This document shows positions 30,751-32,961 of a stretch of 32,961 nt of DNA, in pieces. The stretch is from contig NC_068987.1 of the NCBI RefSeq assembly GCF_001194135.2, positions 88,426,940 to 88,459,900 of the forward strand, given 5' to 3'. The notes below the pieces were generated by a model. It made no database searches, was not told where the DNA came from, and was given only the letters and a program-made list of their open reading frames with translations. The translations under genes and the position numbers were made by a program. Origin of the DNA: Octopus bimaculoides (lineage: Eukaryota). Numbering within the stretch: position 1 is the stretch's first letter; each line of letters opens with the position of its first letter.

Positions 30751-32832
30751 ACTGTTTTCTATTCTGGATTGATTGAAATCTTTTTATACGATTCAGTGTA
30801 TGCAAAGCAGCGTCCCTGACTTACCTGTAGGGCTCCGAGAGTAGTGAATGGAAGAGAAAAAATATCTAGAGACCTAATTTTTTTAAAAGGCACCCAAGGG
30901 ATATATACCGATATTAAATGACGCAATGAATTGTGTCTACGTCAGTTCAAATATTTTTGAAAAGTGTGTGATAAACAGGCATAGTTCCAGGTAAGCAAAT
31001 CACGCGAAGCTAGGAAGTTTCCAGAAAATCTACACCAACTGTTTAACAGAATTAATCAATGGGAGCTATTATTAAAATAGATTGTTGGAGTATGTTAAAA
31101 ACACAATTAGTCCCTTCAAGACACTCCCACTATCTATTTATAAATTCTTGAAAGGAGAATTAGGTAGGAGTTAACAGGTGTGCATAGTAGAACATATTAC
31201 AAGTTGGAAAGGTAATTAGAAGGTACGTGAATGGGAAAATAGAACACGCGGAGTGGCGAGAAGAACATTTAACCCATTTCTTCTAAGTTAAATAATTGGT
31301 TTGTAATTCTTGAATTATGAAAAGTAAAGTGTTTTGTGGCAAAGATAAAAAACAAGACGCAACAGCCGTTCTTTGGGTTCGGATGACAGCAGTACAAACA
31401 GGAAAGAGATGATCCTGTGATTTTAAAACCTAATTCAAACGCTTACTGCAACTCTGCTCAAGATACAAAATGATTTCAATGTATTACCAGAAGGATTAAG
31501 ATATTGTGCTGATGCTCAAAGAACGGATCATTGGAATATGACGGTCTATCCTATAGATTTCGTTTGAATAGCTTGATTTGTCTAAATCGTTCAACGATTA
31601 CGGAAACGGAAACCGTTGACCTACGGTCAAATTCCTGCTAAGTGATAGGCATTTACCTTTGGTGGTGCTGCCAGACCCTCACACACATATCAGGTTCTAA
31701 GTAGACACACCAAGAAAAAACTCCTCCTTACGCAATACACTGCACGATGAGCGGGGGCAGATCAAGTCTCAATGAAACTTTGTTGAATTTAAGCCAGTCA
31801 AAAGCGCGTGGAGATGTCCTCGTTTTCAGACCCTGGACTCTCAGAATTATAATTAAAGCAAATCACAGTTTGTAACTCAACCTATAGATATGGAATTAAT
31901 TGTAGATTAGCATCGGTGCCGGACTGTGGCTCCTGTTAAATTGTTCGAAGTGTATCAGGCGTATCAGGACTAATACAGATAATTGCGAGTGTGACCAGAA
32001 TAATTCAAAAGATCACCAGCTGTAAGACCCCGCTCCATAAGGGTTTCAGAATGTCCCAGCATCTGATGAGCAGAGATGAATTTATACTGACTAAAGAGAT
32101 TTGGGGCGAGATCGTCGATAATTATCGCTGGATCATAATCCTTCTCGAGGAACACGTTTATGTAGATTGTCAGATTAACTCAGCTGCTGTTCTAAGCCAA
32201 GGAGAAATTAAATGGATGTCTGAAAGTTCATCCTCGACTTCAACAGTGGAATAATGGAAAGAATGAGCAGAAGTAATGCTCTAGGTTGTAGTGAGCTTCG
32301 CTAGAACATCAAAGTTTACTACAACGTCTTTTAGAAAATATTCATGTTGATCTTAAATGATCGAATAAAGAAACTGTTACCCAAGGAATTGCCTCCCGTC
32401 GTGAATTCCGAGTCGATGAGCGTATTTATAACAGTTGCAATTATGTATATAAAGGGTTCAGTTTGTTAAGAAAATATGGCTACAAGATGCAATAAAACTA
32501 ATTACACGCGCGCGCGCGCACACATGCACCCCACCCCCCACACACACATACACACGCTGTAGTAACAGTGTCATATATATGCGCTTGAAATAAAGTTCTT
32601 TTGGGTCACACACGTAAGGATGAACGGAAAATGTTCTGAGATATAATGGAGGCAATCAAAATAAATGACTTGTAACTTGTTGAATCGAGATACGGTAAAT
32701 TAATGATTCGTTCAGATGAAACTTACCATTTGTTTCCTTTGGTATTTGATGTTAAGACTTGAGGAAACGAGATGAAACTGTTAGATTCTGCCCGTTCGTT
32801 ACTCTGGCTGAGAGTTGCCGAAGAAGGAGGGG

Positions 32833-32904
32833 GAGAGAGAGAGAGAGATGGAAAGAGAGAGAGAGAAAGAGCGAAAGAGAGAGAGAGAAAGAGTGAAAGA
32901 GAGA

Positions 32905-32961
<57 letters not shown>
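32833..32961. repeat. (GA)n-rich microsatellite running off the window end
   Basis: Direct reading. Confidence 0.95.

Noticed and set aside
32486-32555. (CG)n(CA)n alternating purine-pyrimidine tract as a functional Z-DNA element
   Set aside because: It is short and indistinguishable from the many microsatellite variants in the window.

Overview
This is AT-rich, intergenic or intronic metazoan DNA. It is very probably Octopus: I recognise the SINE and mariner-MITE families from memory of octopus repeats, which is not a database result. I find no intact host gene, rRNA, tRNA or CRISPR array. The window is a layered transposon graveyard. It holds three tRNA-headed SINE families (about 20 copies or fragments) and four fragments of RLE-type (R4/Dong-like) LINEs. 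There is also a 5'-truncated Tx1-like LINE with a 13-bp target-site duplication (TSD), an RTE LINE 3' end with a 5' inversion and 11-bp TSD, and two Penelope-like fragments. DNA transposon remnants include several Tc1/mariner elements, a Helitron helicase fragment and a hAT (Charlie/Buster-like) transposase fragment. Microsatellites are abundant and there are three N gaps. The most informative signals are nested insertions with readable junctions. A mariner with an internal inversion sits in a Helitron, a GG-ended TIR element carrying (CCCTAA)3 sits in a hAT transposase, a Tx1 sits in a 155-bp tandem repeat, two SINEs are stacked at one target site, and a SINE sits in a MITE. A hammerhead-like motif lies at a Penelope end. 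Most listed ORFs are microsatellite or antisense artefacts. I see no convincing new biological system. The best leads are the Tx1 target repeat, the Penelope ribozyme-like motif and the TIR element carrying telomere repeats. All alignments were done by eye and boundaries of degraded elements are approximate.
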